DNA of 64,000 bases from Polyangiaceae bacterium (GTDB lineage: Bacteria > Myxococcota_A > Polyangia > Polyangiales > Polyangiaceae). Below are positions 1 to 12,700 of this stretch, piece after piece (the first letter of the stretch is position 1; each line of letters starts with the position of its first letter). A program made the position numbers and the translations under genes. The notes under the pieces were generated by a model, which worked only from the letters and a program-made list of their open reading frames with translations, was not told the origin of the DNA and ran no database searches. Where the stretch lies: positions 288,001 through 352,000 of the forward strand of contig JBILLK010000001.1 of the NCBI GenBank assembly GCA_044376115.1. Direction: 5' to 3'.

Positions 1-105
1 AAAGACGGAAAACCGAGCGAGAGTGAACTCCGCGAGGTCAAGACATTCGGTGAATACGTCAAGCTGTGCGTTGAACCGGCAATCGCGGAGCGAGAGAAGA
101 AGTGA
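1..105 (+). CDS. 3' end of an upstream CDS (partial, unknown product)
   Basis: Frame 1 is open from the window edge (KDGKPSESELREVKTFGEYVKLCVEPAIAEREKK) to TGA at 103-105, 9 bp before the next ATG. Confidence 0.55.
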   Translation, partial: KDGKPSESELREVKTFGEYVKLCVEPAIAEREKK

Positions 106-114
106 AGGTCGACC

Positions 115-1172
<1,058 letters not shown>

Positions 1173-1176
<4 letters not shown>

Positions 1177-2513
1177 AAGCCGTGCGGTTGCGTGCGAGGG
1201 GTCGGCAGGTCCTTCGCACGCTAGTCGTGGCTGGTTTGGCGCTGAGCCTAGTTTCCGCAGAGGCCCAGCCAGCCGATCGCTGGGAGTTGCCTGCGGGGCC
1301 TCAGGCGCAAGGCCCATGGTATGGCAGCGACGCGCCGTTGCCTGCGTGGGCAACGGCAGTGCGCATCTTGCGGACCGACGAGTCGCTGCTCGTTGATGCG
1401 TCGAAGGGCGCTGCGCGCCGCGGTTCTGCTGCGCGTGAGGCCCGCTTGCCGCTGTTTGCGGCGCGCGGTGGAGCCGGCTGTTCGAGCCCCTGGTATTCGG
1501 TGGGTCCGGAGGCCTGGGTCTGTGGGGACAACGTTGAGTTAAGCCGCGGAACTCCCATCCCGGCGGACGTCAAAACCTACCCGCACAGCGCAGACGGCCT
1601 TCCCTATCGCTACTACTTCGTTGGGCCAAACGGGACGAGCACGTTCAAGAGGCTGCGCGAGGTTGGCGTCGGTGAGCCGGCGCAGGTGCTCGATCCGGGG
1701 TTTGCCGTCGGTATCTTGGAAGAACGCTCCTTCGAAGGACAACGCTACGGCCTGAGCGGCAATGACTACTGGATCCCGATGTCGGATCTGAACCCGGCGC
1801 GGCCGATCAGCTTTCAGGGAGCTGAGGTGCCCGTGAGTGACCACAAGCAGGTTCCGTTCGGCTGGGTGGTCGCGAGCAGCGCCCGCGTCTATTCGAAGCC
1901 CAATCGCGCGGCGATCACGAGCGAGTCACTGCCGCAGTTCATGCGCGTCGACGTCGTGCCGGAAGCCGGCCCAAGCAAGCCAAGCGACTTCCTCCAGCTT
2001 GGCGAAAAGCGATGGGTCTTGGCCAAAGAGGTGCGCCATCAAAGTGTTGCCAGCCCTCCGGACGAAGTGAACGTCAACGCGCACGAGCGTTGGATCGATG
2101 TTGAACTAGCCAGCCAGACGCTTACGGCGTTCGAGGGTGACCAGCCGATCTTCGCCACCATCGTGTCCACTGGCAAAGGCCGGCCAGGTTCGGCCAACGC
2201 TACTCCGAAGGGGACCTTTCGCGTGTGGGCCAAGCTCGGGGCGGCCAACATGGACAACCTCGAAGACGAGGGCGCAAACCGCTTTTGGCGGATGGAGAGC
2301 GTCCCCTACGTCCAATATTTTTCAAAAGGAGTGGGGCTTCACGGTGCTTATTGGCACCGCGGCTTCGGCAACGTCCGCAGTCACGGCTGCGTCAACTTGG
2401 CGCCGCTCGACGCGCAACGGCTGTTCTATATGACCACGCCCCGATTGCCCGCGGGCTGGACGGCGGTGCTGCCCAGCGAACACGAACTCGGTACTGTCGT
2501 TCGTGTTCGCTGA
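1173..2513 (+). CDS. L,D-transpeptidase (YkuD family), exported
   Basis: Signal peptide; WIDVELASQTL, VSTGK, TPKG and the catalytic motif LHGAYWH...SHGCVNL. 4-bp overlap with the upstream gene. Confidence 0.9.
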
Positions 2514-2544
2514 TGCGCTCAGCTGAGCTGCGACCTCCGACAGC

Positions 2545-2868
2545 TCAAACGCCGAGCAGCTGAACCAGCTTGTCGCGATTGGTCAGACCCACGTGCTGGG
2601 CGATCTTCTGGCCGTTCTTGAAGATCATGACCGTCGGCACGCTGCGCACGCCGTACTTTTGCGCGGTTCCGGGGGCATCGTCGATATCGCACTTACCGAC
2701 TCGAACCTGACCAGCGAAGTCATCCGCCAGCTTCTCGACGATGGGAGCGAGTTGTTTGCACGGCCCACACCAAGTGGCCGTGAAGTCTACGAGGACCGGG
2801 ACATCGCTCTTGAGCACGTCTGCCTCGAAGTTTGCATCGTTGAAGGCCTGCACGTTCTTGCTGCCCAT
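2545..2868 (-). CDS. trxA: Thioredoxin
   Basis: WCGPC active site, VLVDF, SVPT. Start placed at ATG 2868, 7 nt after an AGGAG RBS. Confidence 0.95.
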   Translation of the reverse strand: MGSKNVQAFNDANFEADVLKSDVPVLVDFTATWCGPCKQLAPIVEKLADDFAGQVRVGKCDIDDAPGTAQKYGVRSVPTVMIFKNGQKIAQHVGLTNRDKLVQLLGV

Positions 2869-2962
2869 CACCATTCTCCTTGCGTTTGAATAGAGGCGCA
2901 CCCGCCGGTTTGGAACGGTGGTGGGGTTGCCTGCGGGTCGTTAAGGTAAGCGCCAAGTAGGC

Positions 2963-3703
2963 GTGCGGCAAGTGGAGCGAGTGAGCAACACTGGATTGTT
3001 GGTGGTGACACCAACACTCAACGAGCGTGACAACGTTCGGGTCTTCGCGCACGGGCTGTTTAACAGCTGCCCCGAGGCCCATTTGCTTTTCGTCGACGAC
3101 GACTCACCCGACGGAACGGGTGCAGTGCTCGACGAACTCAGCGCCGAAGACCCGCGGGTCCACGTACTTCATCGGAGCGGCAGGCTTGGTCTGGGCTCGG
3201 CCTATGTGGACGGCTTCGTGTGGGGGCTCAGCAACGGCTACCAGCGCATCGCCGAGATGGACGCCGATCTGTCTCACGATCCGAGGGACCTACCAAAGCT
3301 AGCTGCAGCGCTCGACGACGGGGCCGATCTTGCGCTCGGATCGCGCAATATTGCGGGAGGAGGAGTTCGCGGGTGGGGAGTCGGTCGTCACCTCCTGTCC
3401 AAAGGTGGGTCGGCCTATTCACGGCTGGGCCTCGGAGTATCGATCAGAGATATGACCACCGGCTTCAAGCTCTACAGCCGACGAGCGCTGCTCACGATCG
3501 AGCCGATGAGCCTCCGCTCGAATGGCTATGCCTTCCAGATCGAGACCACCGTGCGAGCGCTCCGCCGAGGCCTGCAGGTCGTCGAGGTCCCCATTGTTTT
3601 TGTCGACCGCCGGGTGGGCCAATCGAAGATGAACCTCGGTATCTGTGTGGAAGCGTTTGGCTTCGTCCTACGCACGCGAGCCAAAGGCGCATTGGGCTTT
3701 TGA
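2963..3703 (+). CDS. Polyprenol-monophosphomannose synthase (GT2, DPM1-like)
   Basis: PTLNERDN, VDDDSPDGT, GLGSAY, MDADLSHDP, DMTTGFK, SNGYAFQIE, EVPIVFVDR. Confidence 0.9.
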   Translation: MRQVERVSNTGLLVVTPTLNERDNVRVFAHGLFNSCPEAHLLFVDDDSPDGTGAVLDELSAEDPRVHVLHRSGRLGLGSAYVDGFVWGLSNGYQRIAEMDADLSHDPRDLPKLAAALDDGADLALGSRNIAGGGVRGWGVGRHLLSKGGSAYSRLGLGVSIRDMTTGFKLYSRRALLTIEPMSLRSNGYAFQIETTVRALRRGLQVVEVPIVFVDRRVGQSKMNLGICVEAFGFVLRTRAKGALGF

Positions 3704-3755
3704 CGGCCAGGAAAGCGGCTCCGCCGCAGGCGGTCTCTGCTAGCCTGCGCGGCAG

Positions 3756-5696
3756 GTGGGGGTGCTGTCGCTCTCACAAGACCATCCGCCAGTGTCAGTT
3801 AGTAGCCCCCATCGCATTCGTGACTCACTCATTGGAACGGCGCTGAAAGGAAACGCCGGGCGCACGTTCTATCTGCGAGAGCTCTTGGGTGAAGGTAGTC
3901 AGGGCTGGGTCTTCAAAGCGAACTACGATGATCCCGACGGCTTTTGGATCGTGGTCAAGCTGTTGCGACCGGAGGGCCTGAGCCAGGAGACGTTGGAGCG
4001 CTTCGAGCGGGAGACGCGCGCGCTGCAAGTGTTGGGCGCTCAAGCGACGCCCAACCCCAACATCGTGCGCTTCTACGACCACGGGATCCACAACCTGAAG
4101 TTGTATGGCGCAGACCTGCTGCTGCCCTTCATCGCCATCGAGTACGTCAACGGCCCAACGCTCGCGAGCGTGATTGACGCGACCTACGGCCAAGGGATGT
4201 CGGCCTCCCGCGTGCTCCGAATCATGCGCCAGGTATCGCACGCGCTGACGACGGTGCATGAGAACAACATCGTCCACCGGGACTTGAAGCCGAGCAACAT
4301 CCTGCTTGAAGACCAAACGGGTCGCGAGGTCGCCAAGATCACCGACTTCGGCTTGGTCAAAGCCCCAGCGCTGTCCTCGAAGGCTACCGCCACCATCGCG
4401 GGCGCGACCTTGGGCTACGCGCCGCCCGAACAGTATGAGCTCGGGAACAGCCGGGTCAGCCCGCGCACCGATGTCTTCTCGTTCGGCGCAATTCTGTTCG
4501 AGATGCTTAGCGGTCGCGTCGCCTTCCCGCACATCCAAGGCGACAGCCCGCTGCGCACGGTGGCACGCATGCTCACCGGCGAGCGCCCATCGCTCGCCAA
4601 ACATACGTTGACGCTCGCGCCAGAACTCGGGCGTATGCCAACGGCCATCACAACGCTCGATCACGAAATTGCACGAGCAACTGCGGCTGATCCATCGGCC
4701 CGGCATGAATCGGTGGCGGCCTTGTGGTCGCCCGTGGAAGAGGTATTGCGCGTGCTCGTGCAGCGGGAGAGTTCGGCCTCGAGTCCGCATCAGCCCAAGG
4801 CGCATACGGTTGGAAGAACCACGGCATCGATGCGAGTGGCGCCGCTCGCTCGCGAGCGATTTCGAGCTGGCGCCTTCCTACCCGAGCTCGATCTCTACTT
4901 TGCGTTGGGCATGAACGGTCTTTACACCGCGAGCAAAGGAACGTGGCGTGCGCTCTCCTTCTCCATGCCGCTCGACGTGCGAGCCATTCGCGGGGTCGCT
5001 CGCCGAGGGCATGATCACGTGCTCGTGTTCGGCGATAGCGGCCTCGTAGCGAGCGTGGATTTTCGAGGCGTGGTCACTCCCTTTCGCATGCCGGACGCCG
5101 ACTGCAACTGGTTCGGCGCCTTCACCGATGACGGGGATTGCATCCTAGCGGGTGAGCGTCGCTCACGAGCCATGGGCGTCCTGGCCGAGATCGGCAATAG
5201 CGTCCACCTCCACAACATCGCCGGCACCACGCGGCTTCACGCGGCCACGCGGCTATCTTCGGGGGCGCTCTTGTGTTGCGGAAGTCATGGGGATCTCGTG
5301 CAAGTCTCAGCCAACCATCAGCGTGAGGTCCCGTGGGGAAAGACGGGCCACCTGTTCTCGTTGGCGCGAAACCAATACGGAGCCTTCGCGGTAGGTAGCG
5401 GCGGGCACGCGCTCTCGATCACGATGACTACCAGCTTCGATCGCGACACCAGCGGGGAGCTCACCTGTTCGCTGGAGAGCGTTCACACCACCAAAGATCT
5501 CGCTGCCACCAAGCTGGGCCCCCGAGGAACGGCGTGGGCGGTGGGACAGAACGCTCGCTTGCTCGAGCGGCGTGGCGCCATTTGGCAGCGCGTACCGATC
5601 GAAGGCCTGGCCGACAACTTCATCGCGCTCGATATGACCGCGACCAGCGTGCTGGTGCTCTCCGAAGATGGCACCTTGATCGAAAATCCGCTGTAA
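3756..5696 (+). CDS. Ser/Thr protein kinase with C-terminal beta-propeller-like region
   Basis: LGEGSQGWV, VVKLL, HRDLKPSNILL, ITDFGL, YAPPEQ, DVFSFG. The C-terminal part has repeated beta-strand units (AVGSGG, WAVGQN). Confidence 0.9.
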   Translation: MGVLSLSQDHPPVSVSSPHRIRDSLIGTALKGNAGRTFYLRELLGEGSQGWVFKANYDDPDGFWIVVKLLRPEGLSQETLERFERETRALQVLGAQATPNPNIVRFYDHGIHNLKLYGADLLLPFIAIEYVNGPTLASVIDATYGQGMSASRVLRIMRQVSHALTTVHENNIVHRDLKPSNILLEDQTGREVAKITDFGLVKAPALSSKATATIAGATLGYAPPEQYELGNSRVSPRTDVFSFGAILFEMLSGRVAFPHIQGDSPLRTVARMLTGERPSLAKHTLTLAPELGRMPTAITTLDHEIARATAADPSARHESVAALWSPVEEVLRVLVQRESSASSPHQPKAHTVGRTTASMRVAPLARERFRAGAFLPELDLYFALGMNGLYTASKGTWRALSFSMPLDVRAIRGVARRGHDHVLVFGDSGLVASVDFRGVVTPFRMPDADCNWFGAFTDDGDCILAGERRSRAMGVLAEIGNSVHLHNIAGTTRLHAATRLSSGALLCCGSHGDLVQVSANHQREVPWGKTGHLFSLARNQYGAFAVGSGGHALSITMTTSFDRDTSGELTCSLESVHTTKDLAATKLGPRGTAWAVGQNARLLERRGAIWQRVPIEGLADNFIALDMTATSVLVLSEDGTLIENPL

Positions 5697-5701
5697 ACGC
5701 G

Positions 5702-7327
5702 CTAGCGAATTAGGCCGAGATCGTCGGCGGCCAGCAGGTAGCTGCCGAGCATGCGGCCTTGTTTGGAGAGCGCACGCGGGGTCGACATTGCGGCGAGCAA
5801 GGCCGATGCTCGCACGCGCAGCGACTCGTCGTTGCGCTGCACGGCGAGCCGGGCGAGCAGCCGCACCACCAGGACGTTGCTCTCGAAGGGCCTCCTGCGC
5901 TGAGAGAAGACGCCCACTGCGTTGGGATCGGCGGTGGAAGCGAAGAAGCCACCTTCAGGTGAGGCGAAGTCGAGCTCGATCCGTTGGGCAATGTGAAGGG
6001 CTACCTCGGCATAACGAGGCTCAGCGCTGGCCTGCGCTAATTCAACGAGCCCCAACCCGAGCGACGCAGCGTCCGCGAGAAAGCGGCGGCTTCGATCTCG
6101 CTCATTCCCGCGGAAGACGCGGCCTTCGGCGTCGACGTTGGAGGCGAGCAGCTTGTCCGCCGCCTTGCGTGCGACCGCGATCACTTGCGGATCAGCCACA
6201 GCCGCGCCGAAGTTGCTGACCGCGGTGATCGCGAGGCCGTTCTCGAACGGATAGGTGCTCTTGTCGATGCGAGGCATACCGAGCGAACGCCGCCCGGCGT
6301 CGTCCTTTTGATAGAAGACGTGGCCATCGACGAAACGCGCCGTGGGTTCATGAGAGCCGACGTCCGCATCTTGGCTGACGAAGAAAAGGCCACTCTCGTC
6401 GGAGAGGAAATTCGTCATGTACGAAAGCACGGCGCGGCCATCGGCGAGGACCGCTGCATCTTGGCTGGCGCGAAAGCCCTCCGCGTAGCCCGCCAAGTTC
6501 GCCGCTTGATAGGTCATCAACTTCTCGAAGTGAGGCCGGTCCCAGCTGCCGCCGTCGGAGTATTGGTAAAGCCCGCCCCACACCGGATCGATCAGCGCGT
6601 GCTGCGCGCGTACGGTTTGTTGCAATCGCGCTTTTGCGCGCGCATCCCCGCGAAGAGCGCGGCGAGCCTCGAACTGAAGGTTTTCCCCGAGCGGTGCCTT
6701 CTGCCGCCGGCCCCAGCCGCCGAGTTCGTCGTCGTAATAATCGTCGAACTCGAACAGGACGTGACCCACGACCCAGGGCAGCTCACTGGGCTGTGCTGGC
6801 CGATTCCCGCTGACCGACTCCGACTCCGACTCTTGGCTCGCTACCGTGAGCGAACGCAAGGTTGGGAGCAGCTCCTCTTTGGGTACGAAGCCGCGCAGCT
6901 TTCCGAGCTCCTGGGCTGAGCTGCTGAGCAGGATGGTGGCTGGCCAGCCGTAGTCCCCGTAACGCTCTGCGACATCGGGATGCTCATCGATGTTTACGCG
7001 AATGGTGATGAAGCGATCGCGCAGCAGCGCACCGACCTCCGGATCGGTATAGGTCGTGGCGTCCATCACGTGGCACCAGTGGCACCATTCGGCTGCACCA
7101 TCGAGCAGGATGAACTTCCCCTCGTTCGCTGCGCGATCGAAGCTGGCCTTCTCGTACGGAAGCCATTCGAATAGGCGGGCACGGTCGACCTCGCGAGCCT
7201 TCGCGATATTGACCGAGTCGGGTGTGCCTGCTCGCACGAGCCCGGCGTTCCCGGAGGGCCCGGCCGAAGGCGTCACGGCAGCACAGCCTAAGACCAGCAG
7301 CGGAAGCAGTGAACGAAAGCGCAACAC
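5702..7327 (-). CDS. DUF255/YyaL (SSP411-like) thioredoxin-domain protein, probable lipoprotein
   Basis: WCHWCHVM, GWPAT, LIDPVWGG, W..PHFEKL. LVLGC lipobox-like N-terminus. Start uncertain (GTG 7327; ORF extends to 7375). Confidence 0.8.
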   Translation of the reverse strand: MLRFRSLLPLLVLGCAAVTPSAGPSGNAGLVRAGTPDSVNIAKAREVDRARLFEWLPYEKASFDRAANEGKFILLDGAAEWCHWCHVMDATTYTDPEVGALLRDRFITIRVNIDEHPDVAERYGDYGWPATILLSSSAQELGKLRGFVPKEELLPTLRSLTVASQESESESVSGNRPAQPSELPWVVGHVLFEFDDYYDDELGGWGRRQKAPLGENLQFEARRALRGDARAKARLQQTVRAQHALIDPVWGGLYQYSDGGSWDRPHFEKLMTYQAANLAGYAEGFRASQDAAVLADGRAVLSYMTNFLSDESGLFFVSQDADVGSHEPTARFVDGHVFYQKDDAGRRSLGMPRIDKSTYPFENGLAITAVSNFGAAVADPQVIAVARKAADKLLASNVDAEGRVFRGNERDRSRRFLADAASLGLGLVELAQASAEPRYAEVALHIAQRIELDFASPEGGFFASTADPNAVGVFSQRRRPFESNVLVVRLLARLAVQRNDESLRVRASALLAAMSTPRALSKQGRMLGSYLLAADDLGLIR

Positions 7328-7374
7328 AGCCGCTCTACGCTGCAACTCGACGAAAGGATCGATAGACTGACGCA

Positions 7375-9729
7375 ATGGGGCTACTTCGACCGAACTTCAT
7401 GCGGGGCTTTGGGCTTGGTCTCTTGGTTTTTGCGGCCTGCGGCGACGACGGCAACAGCGGTGCTGCTGGTGCGACGGGCGGCGGTGGCGCAGGAGCTGCC
7501 GGCGGCGGGGGTGCCGGGGGAGCCGGGCTGAGCGGTGGCGGTGGTCAGGTCTTCGCAGGTGGAGGAGGCAGCTCGGGCTGCGTCGCGGGCGAGCCCTGCG
7601 ATGGTGGCGTCTGTGATGACACTGGCGCGTGTTGCCCGTTCGCTAGCGCCTGCGGCACTACGTGTTGCAGCGGCGGCGAAGTGTGCGCGTTCTTGCAATG
7701 CCTCGTTCCGGGAGCCGCGTGCACCGACGACAAGGAGTGCGCAGCCGGTGAATACTGCGACTTTTCGCTCGGAGAGCCCGACGGTGGTGGAGGCGGTGCG
7801 GGTGGAGGCGGTGGCGGGGCCGGTGGACCAAGCTGCACCGGCGGAGTGGAATTGCCCGACGGAAAATGTATGCCCAAGCCCCCGGTTTGCCCGGGTGGAA
7901 TGGATCCTGGGGACCCGCCGACCTGCATCACCAGCTGCGAATACCATCCGCCCGAAGGCGTGTTCACGCCGGAGCTCAAATACAGCTGGGGCGACCCAGC
8001 GAGCACCACCGACAACGTGATGATGAGCCCGATCGTCATCCAACTCGACGACGACAACTGCGACATGATCGTTGATGAGCGTGACATCCCCGAGATCGTC
8101 TTTTTCACCTTCGACGGCAACGACTACAACAACACCAGCGGGACCAGCTCCACACTGCACGCGATCTCGATCGTCTTGGGCCAGGTGGTAGAGAAGTTTG
8201 CGGTGAAGACCAACGGCGTCTCAGCGGATGCGCCGGGCCGTTCGATCGCGGCGGGCGACATCGACGGCGACGGCCTGAATGAGATCGTCGTTTGCACGAA
8301 GGACGGTCGACTCCGAGCCTACGAGAACGACGGGACGGTCAAGTGGCTCAGCCCAGCGCGCGCCTGCTTCATGCCCAGCATCGCCGATCTCGACCAAGAC
8401 GGCTTGCCGGAGGTGATCGATCTCGGTCATGTTGTGGACGGCACTACCGGCGCGACGAAGGCCACCTTCCAAACCGATCGTTACCCGATCGTCTACGACG
8501 TCGATGGTGACGGACTGCTCGACATCGTAACGCCGCAACGCGTGCACGCAGCGGACGGGAGCGTGAAGGTCGATAGCGGCATCGTCGGAACACACGCTGC
8601 AGTTGGTGACCTGGATCTCGACGGTATCCCTGAGATCGTCACGGTGGACACCAACACCCACCTGGTGAGCGTGTGGAACGTGCCTGCGCCGGGGACGTTC
8701 CAGATCATTCGTCAGGGGCTCGATCTCAACGAGGGCATCTCGCCCAACCCTTGTTGCGCCGCCAATCCGAACGCGGCGGGCTGTACGCGCGGCGGTGGAA
8801 CACCCACGATCGCGCGCTTCAACGACGACGAGTATCCCGACGTGGGTCTGGCCGGCGGAATTGGCTACGTCGTGTTCGACGGGCAGCTGCTCACGGATGG
8901 CGTCACACCTCCGCAAGACACGCGAGCTTGGCTGACCCAAACGCAAGACTGTTCGTCGGCGCAAACGGGCTCCAGCGTTTTCGACTTCGACGGGGACGGC
9001 CAAGCCGAGGTCATCTACGCCGACGAAGTCACGCTGCACATCTACTCGGGAGACCTGGGCGAGCCGCTGTTCGAAACGTGCAACACCAACGGCACTTTGT
9101 GGGAGTACCCGCTGGTCGCGGACGTCGACAGCGATGGGCACGCCGACATCATCGTCGCGTCCAACTCGTATTCGAGCTTCAACTGTGCGGGCACCAAGAC
9201 CACCGGCATTCGGGTGTTTGGTGATACCGAGGGCAAGTGGGTACGCACCCGTAGAGTCTGGAACCAGCACCCGTACCACGTGACCAACGTCGAGGAGAGC
9301 GGCGCCATCCCAGCGGTCGAGGTGGCGAACCATGCGGCCGAGGGGCTCAACAACTTCCGCCAGAACGTGCAACCCTCGGGACAGTTCTCTGCGCCGGATC
9401 TCGTGGTTTCGCTGCGTCCTGCTTGTGGCACGGAGTACGGTCTATTCGCGCGGGTGCTCAACATTGGAGAGGCCCCCGTCGAGCCCGGCGTGCCCGTTGG
9501 TTTCTACGAAGGTACGCCTCCCGACGGAAACTCGCTCGGCACGGCTAACACCAGTCAGACGCTGTACCCGCTCACGTATGAGGACGTGTTCCTAGCGCTG
9601 CCTTCAGAGCCGCTGCTGAGCGTCTACGCGATCGTGGACGACGGCATGCCGCCGCACCCGTGGCACGAGTGCCGCACCGACAACAACATCTCCGAGCCGA
9701 CGAGCGCTTCCTGCGGCATTCCCCAGTAA
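7375..9729 (+). CDS. FG-GAP/VCBS repeat Cys-rich lipoprotein with C-terminal CARDB-like domain
   Basis: Lipobox FAAC-GDD, Gly linker, repeated DxDGDGxxEI motifs, VWNQHPYHVTNV, PDLVV...RVLNIG. Confidence 0.8.
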   Translation: MGLLRPNFMRGFGLGLLVFAACGDDGNSGAAGATGGGGAGAAGGGGAGGAGLSGGGGQVFAGGGGSSGCVAGEPCDGGVCDDTGACCPFASACGTTCCSGGEVCAFLQCLVPGAACTDDKECAAGEYCDFSLGEPDGGGGGAGGGGGGAGGPSCTGGVELPDGKCMPKPPVCPGGMDPGDPPTCITSCEYHPPEGVFTPELKYSWGDPASTTDNVMMSPIVIQLDDDNCDMIVDERDIPEIVFFTFDGNDYNNTSGTSSTLHAISIVLGQVVEKFAVKTNGVSADAPGRSIAAGDIDGDGLNEIVVCTKDGRLRAYENDGTVKWLSPARACFMPSIADLDQDGLPEVIDLGHVVDGTTGATKATFQTDRYPIVYDVDGDGLLDIVTPQRVHAADGSVKVDSGIVGTHAAVGDLDLDGIPEIVTVDTNTHLVSVWNVPAPGTFQIIRQGLDLNEGISPNPCCAANPNAAGCTRGGGTPTIARFNDDEYPDVGLAGGIGYVVFDGQLLTDGVTPPQDTRAWLTQTQDCSSAQTGSSVFDFDGDGQAEVIYADEVTLHIYSGDLGEPLFETCNTNGTLWEYPLVADVDSDGHADIIVASNSYSSFNCAGTKTTGIRVFGDTEGKWVRTRRVWNQHPYHVTNVEESGAIPAVEVANHAAEGLNNFRQNVQPSGQFSAPDLVVSLRPACGTEYGLFARVLNIGEAPVEPGVPVGFYEGTPPDGNSLGTANTSQTLYPLTYEDVFLALPSEPLLSVYAIVDDGMPPHPWHECRTDNNISEPTSASCGIPQ

Positions 9730-9735
9730 CAGGTC

Positions 9736-12700
9736 TTGGAACGCTCGCTTCGTGATCTTGTGCTCGGCGGCCGGTTTCACCTCGAGACCGAGGTTGGCGC
9801 CGGCGGCATGGGCACGGTGTACAGAGGTCGCGATCTGCGGCGTGGGGATCTCGTTGCGGTAAAGGTCGTGCGCGCGAATTCGCTCGAGCTGCTCAAACGG
9901 TTGGGGCGAGAAGCAGAGGTGCTATCGGAGCTCCGTCATCCATGTCTGGTCTCGTTCCGAGAATGGGGCGCACTGCCTGATGGCGGCGCCTTCATCGCCA
10001 TGGAGTGGATTCAGGGCATCGAGCTTGGGCAACAATTGCGACAAGCGCCGCTGCGCTTACCGCAGGCGATCGCGATGGGGCTGGGCTTGGCATCGGCGCT
10101 CGCGCTCGTGCATAGCCGCGGGATCATTCACCGGGACATCAAGCCCAACAACGTCGTGCTCCGCGAGGGCGATCCGAGTCGGCCCGTGCTGCTCGACTTC
10201 GGTATCGCGGCGCTGGCCAACCTACCCAGCGGGCTTACGATCGCCGGGCTGGCGATCGGTACCCCGGGGTACATGGCCCCGGAGCAGGTGCGAGGCGAGA
10301 CGATCGACGAACGAGCCGACGTCTACGGCCTGGGTTGCCTACTGTTCCATGCCATCACCGGAACCGCTCCTTTCGTCGGTGACTCGGCTGTCGCCGTGGT
10401 TTCCGAGGTGCTTCTTCGCGAGCCCCCGCGCTTGGCCGACCGGACTGCGAACGTCCCGCAAGCCCTGAACGATCTCATGGCCTCCTTGCTAGCCAAAGAT
10501 CGCGCACAACGTCCTGCCAATGGCGCTGAGCTCTTGGACCGGCTTACGAAACTCAGCGCAACACTGGGCCGCGAGCTGTCGACTACCTCAGGCGTCTCGC
10601 TGCAGGAGCGTCGTACAATCGCCGTGGTTTCGCTCAACTTCAGTGGGCCCCCCGAGGAACCATCACCGCCGAGCGACCACCTCGACCAGACGGTGGTGGA
10701 CTTCGATGAGGTCCCGCAATCGACCACTCGCAACTTCGTCTCACCGATCCCCGGTGCGTTCGTCCCCGCCCTCGCGGCGCAGTTTGGTGGAGCGGTTGAG
10801 CCGCGGCCCGGCGGGCACGCACTGGTGACGTTTTCCTCGGAGGCCTCCGCTGCGCAAGCGGCTCAGCAGGCTGCGCGTTTTGCTGTGCAAGCGCTCGAGT
10901 TCGCGCCACTTTGCGGCGTTGGTGTGGCGATCGGTCCTTCCGTGGTGGGAGCTCCAGTCGATGCCGCGCTGATCGAGCATGCCGCCGCACTCGCGGACCA
11001 ACTCGGAACCATTCGAACAGACGCTGGGGTTCGCAGCCTGCTGGGCGATGCCTTCGAGATCGACTTCAGCGCGTCGGTGTTCCGCATCGTACGAAGCAAA
11101 GACTCGACGTCGCAGCGGAAGGTCCGCGGACGAGAGCGCGAACTTTCGCTATTCGCGAGCACGGCCCGCTCGATCGCAAAGTCGAAGGTGCAGGAGACCC
11201 TGGTGCTCGTCGCTGATGCGGGGCTCGGACGAACGACCGTGTTGCGAGAGTTCGAGTCTCGGGAGTACGCCCTCGAGCAGCCGCCTGCTTTCATTTTCGT
11301 GGCCGGGGATCCCGTGCGGAACCAACCCATGGTGTTGACCCGCGCGCTCGTGCAGAGGGCCCTGCTCGCCTACGGTGGCTCGTTGGAAAAAGCGCTCGAG
11401 GCGCTCGCGGCCGATCCTACGCTGGCGCATGCGTTTCCTGTGCTCAAGTTGATGACCTCCCGCGAGCACGACACGCCCGACCCGGCGCTGCGTCCGTTGT
11501 TGCTCGACCCGCTGCTCTTGGAGGAGCGTGTTGCCACCGCCTTTGCAGACCTCTTGCGCCAGCTCGGGCGACGGTGCGGTGCGGTGACCATCGCCATCGA
11601 CGACGTTCAGCTCGTCGACAGTGCTTCGCTACGCGTGCTGCACCAATCGCTCCTTCAGCTCCGCGATACCGGGGTGCTATTGCTGCTCACCTGCAACCAG
11701 CTGCTCGACCCCAAGCTCCGCGCGGAGCTCGAGCCCTGCGCTGTGATGAGGATGATCCCACTTTCGAATTCCGCCGCGGCAGCAATGCTCGCCGATCAGC
11801 TGGGTCCGGAGTTTGGTCAGAGTCGATTCGACGACATCGTTGGGGTCGCCAAGGGCCACCCGATGCTGCTGAAGGAGCTGGCGCGGCAAGCGCTGACGAG
11901 CCCCAACGTCGACCTCTCATCGACGAACCTGCTAGCGGCGATGGAAGCTCGGGTAGCGCGGCTCGATCCAGATCTGCGCCGTGTCCTGCGTGCAGCGAGC
12001 GTGTTCGAGGGCTCTTTCTGGGAGACCGGGTTGCTGCAAGTCATGGGCGATAGCCGCGATTCTCGCGCGCTCCTCAATACGCAGCTCAACAAGCTCGCGG
12101 AGAAGGATTTCGTGACTCGGCTGGCCGAATCGCGGCACGCGGGCGAGATTGAATGGCGCTTCGTCAATGCAGTCGCACGTGACGCGGCCTACGCAATGTT
12201 GTCCGACGCGGACAAGATGCGCGGTCACGCGTTAGCGGCCGAATGGCTGCTGCGCGTTGGTGAGAAAGAACCAGCCATTTTGGCCCGCCAATTTGCTTTC
12301 GCTGGAGAGAAACAGCTCGCAGCGCAGCACTGGCTCAACGCAGCCAACCAGGCGTACTTCCACCAAGACCACGCTATGGCTCGCACCCTGCTCGAACGCG
12401 TTCTGGCCTTGGAACCCGATCCTTCTGTGAGTTTCAACGCCAAGCTGGTGCTGGCCGAGATTCTCTTTTGGGCTGGGCATTTCGACGAGGCGCTCGGCTA
12501 CACCGCCGAAGCGCTGGGCTACTTCAGCTGGGGCACCCAAGGATGGCTCGATGCGATGGGAGTGGCCGCTCGTTGCACGCTCCGGCAAAGCAAGACGTCC
12601 GACCTTTCCCCCATTCGCGCGATGGTCACTGCGGTCCGGACCAACCCGAACCTGGCACCGGATCCCCGTTCGCTAGCGACGCTCGTCACTTGGTGTTTGC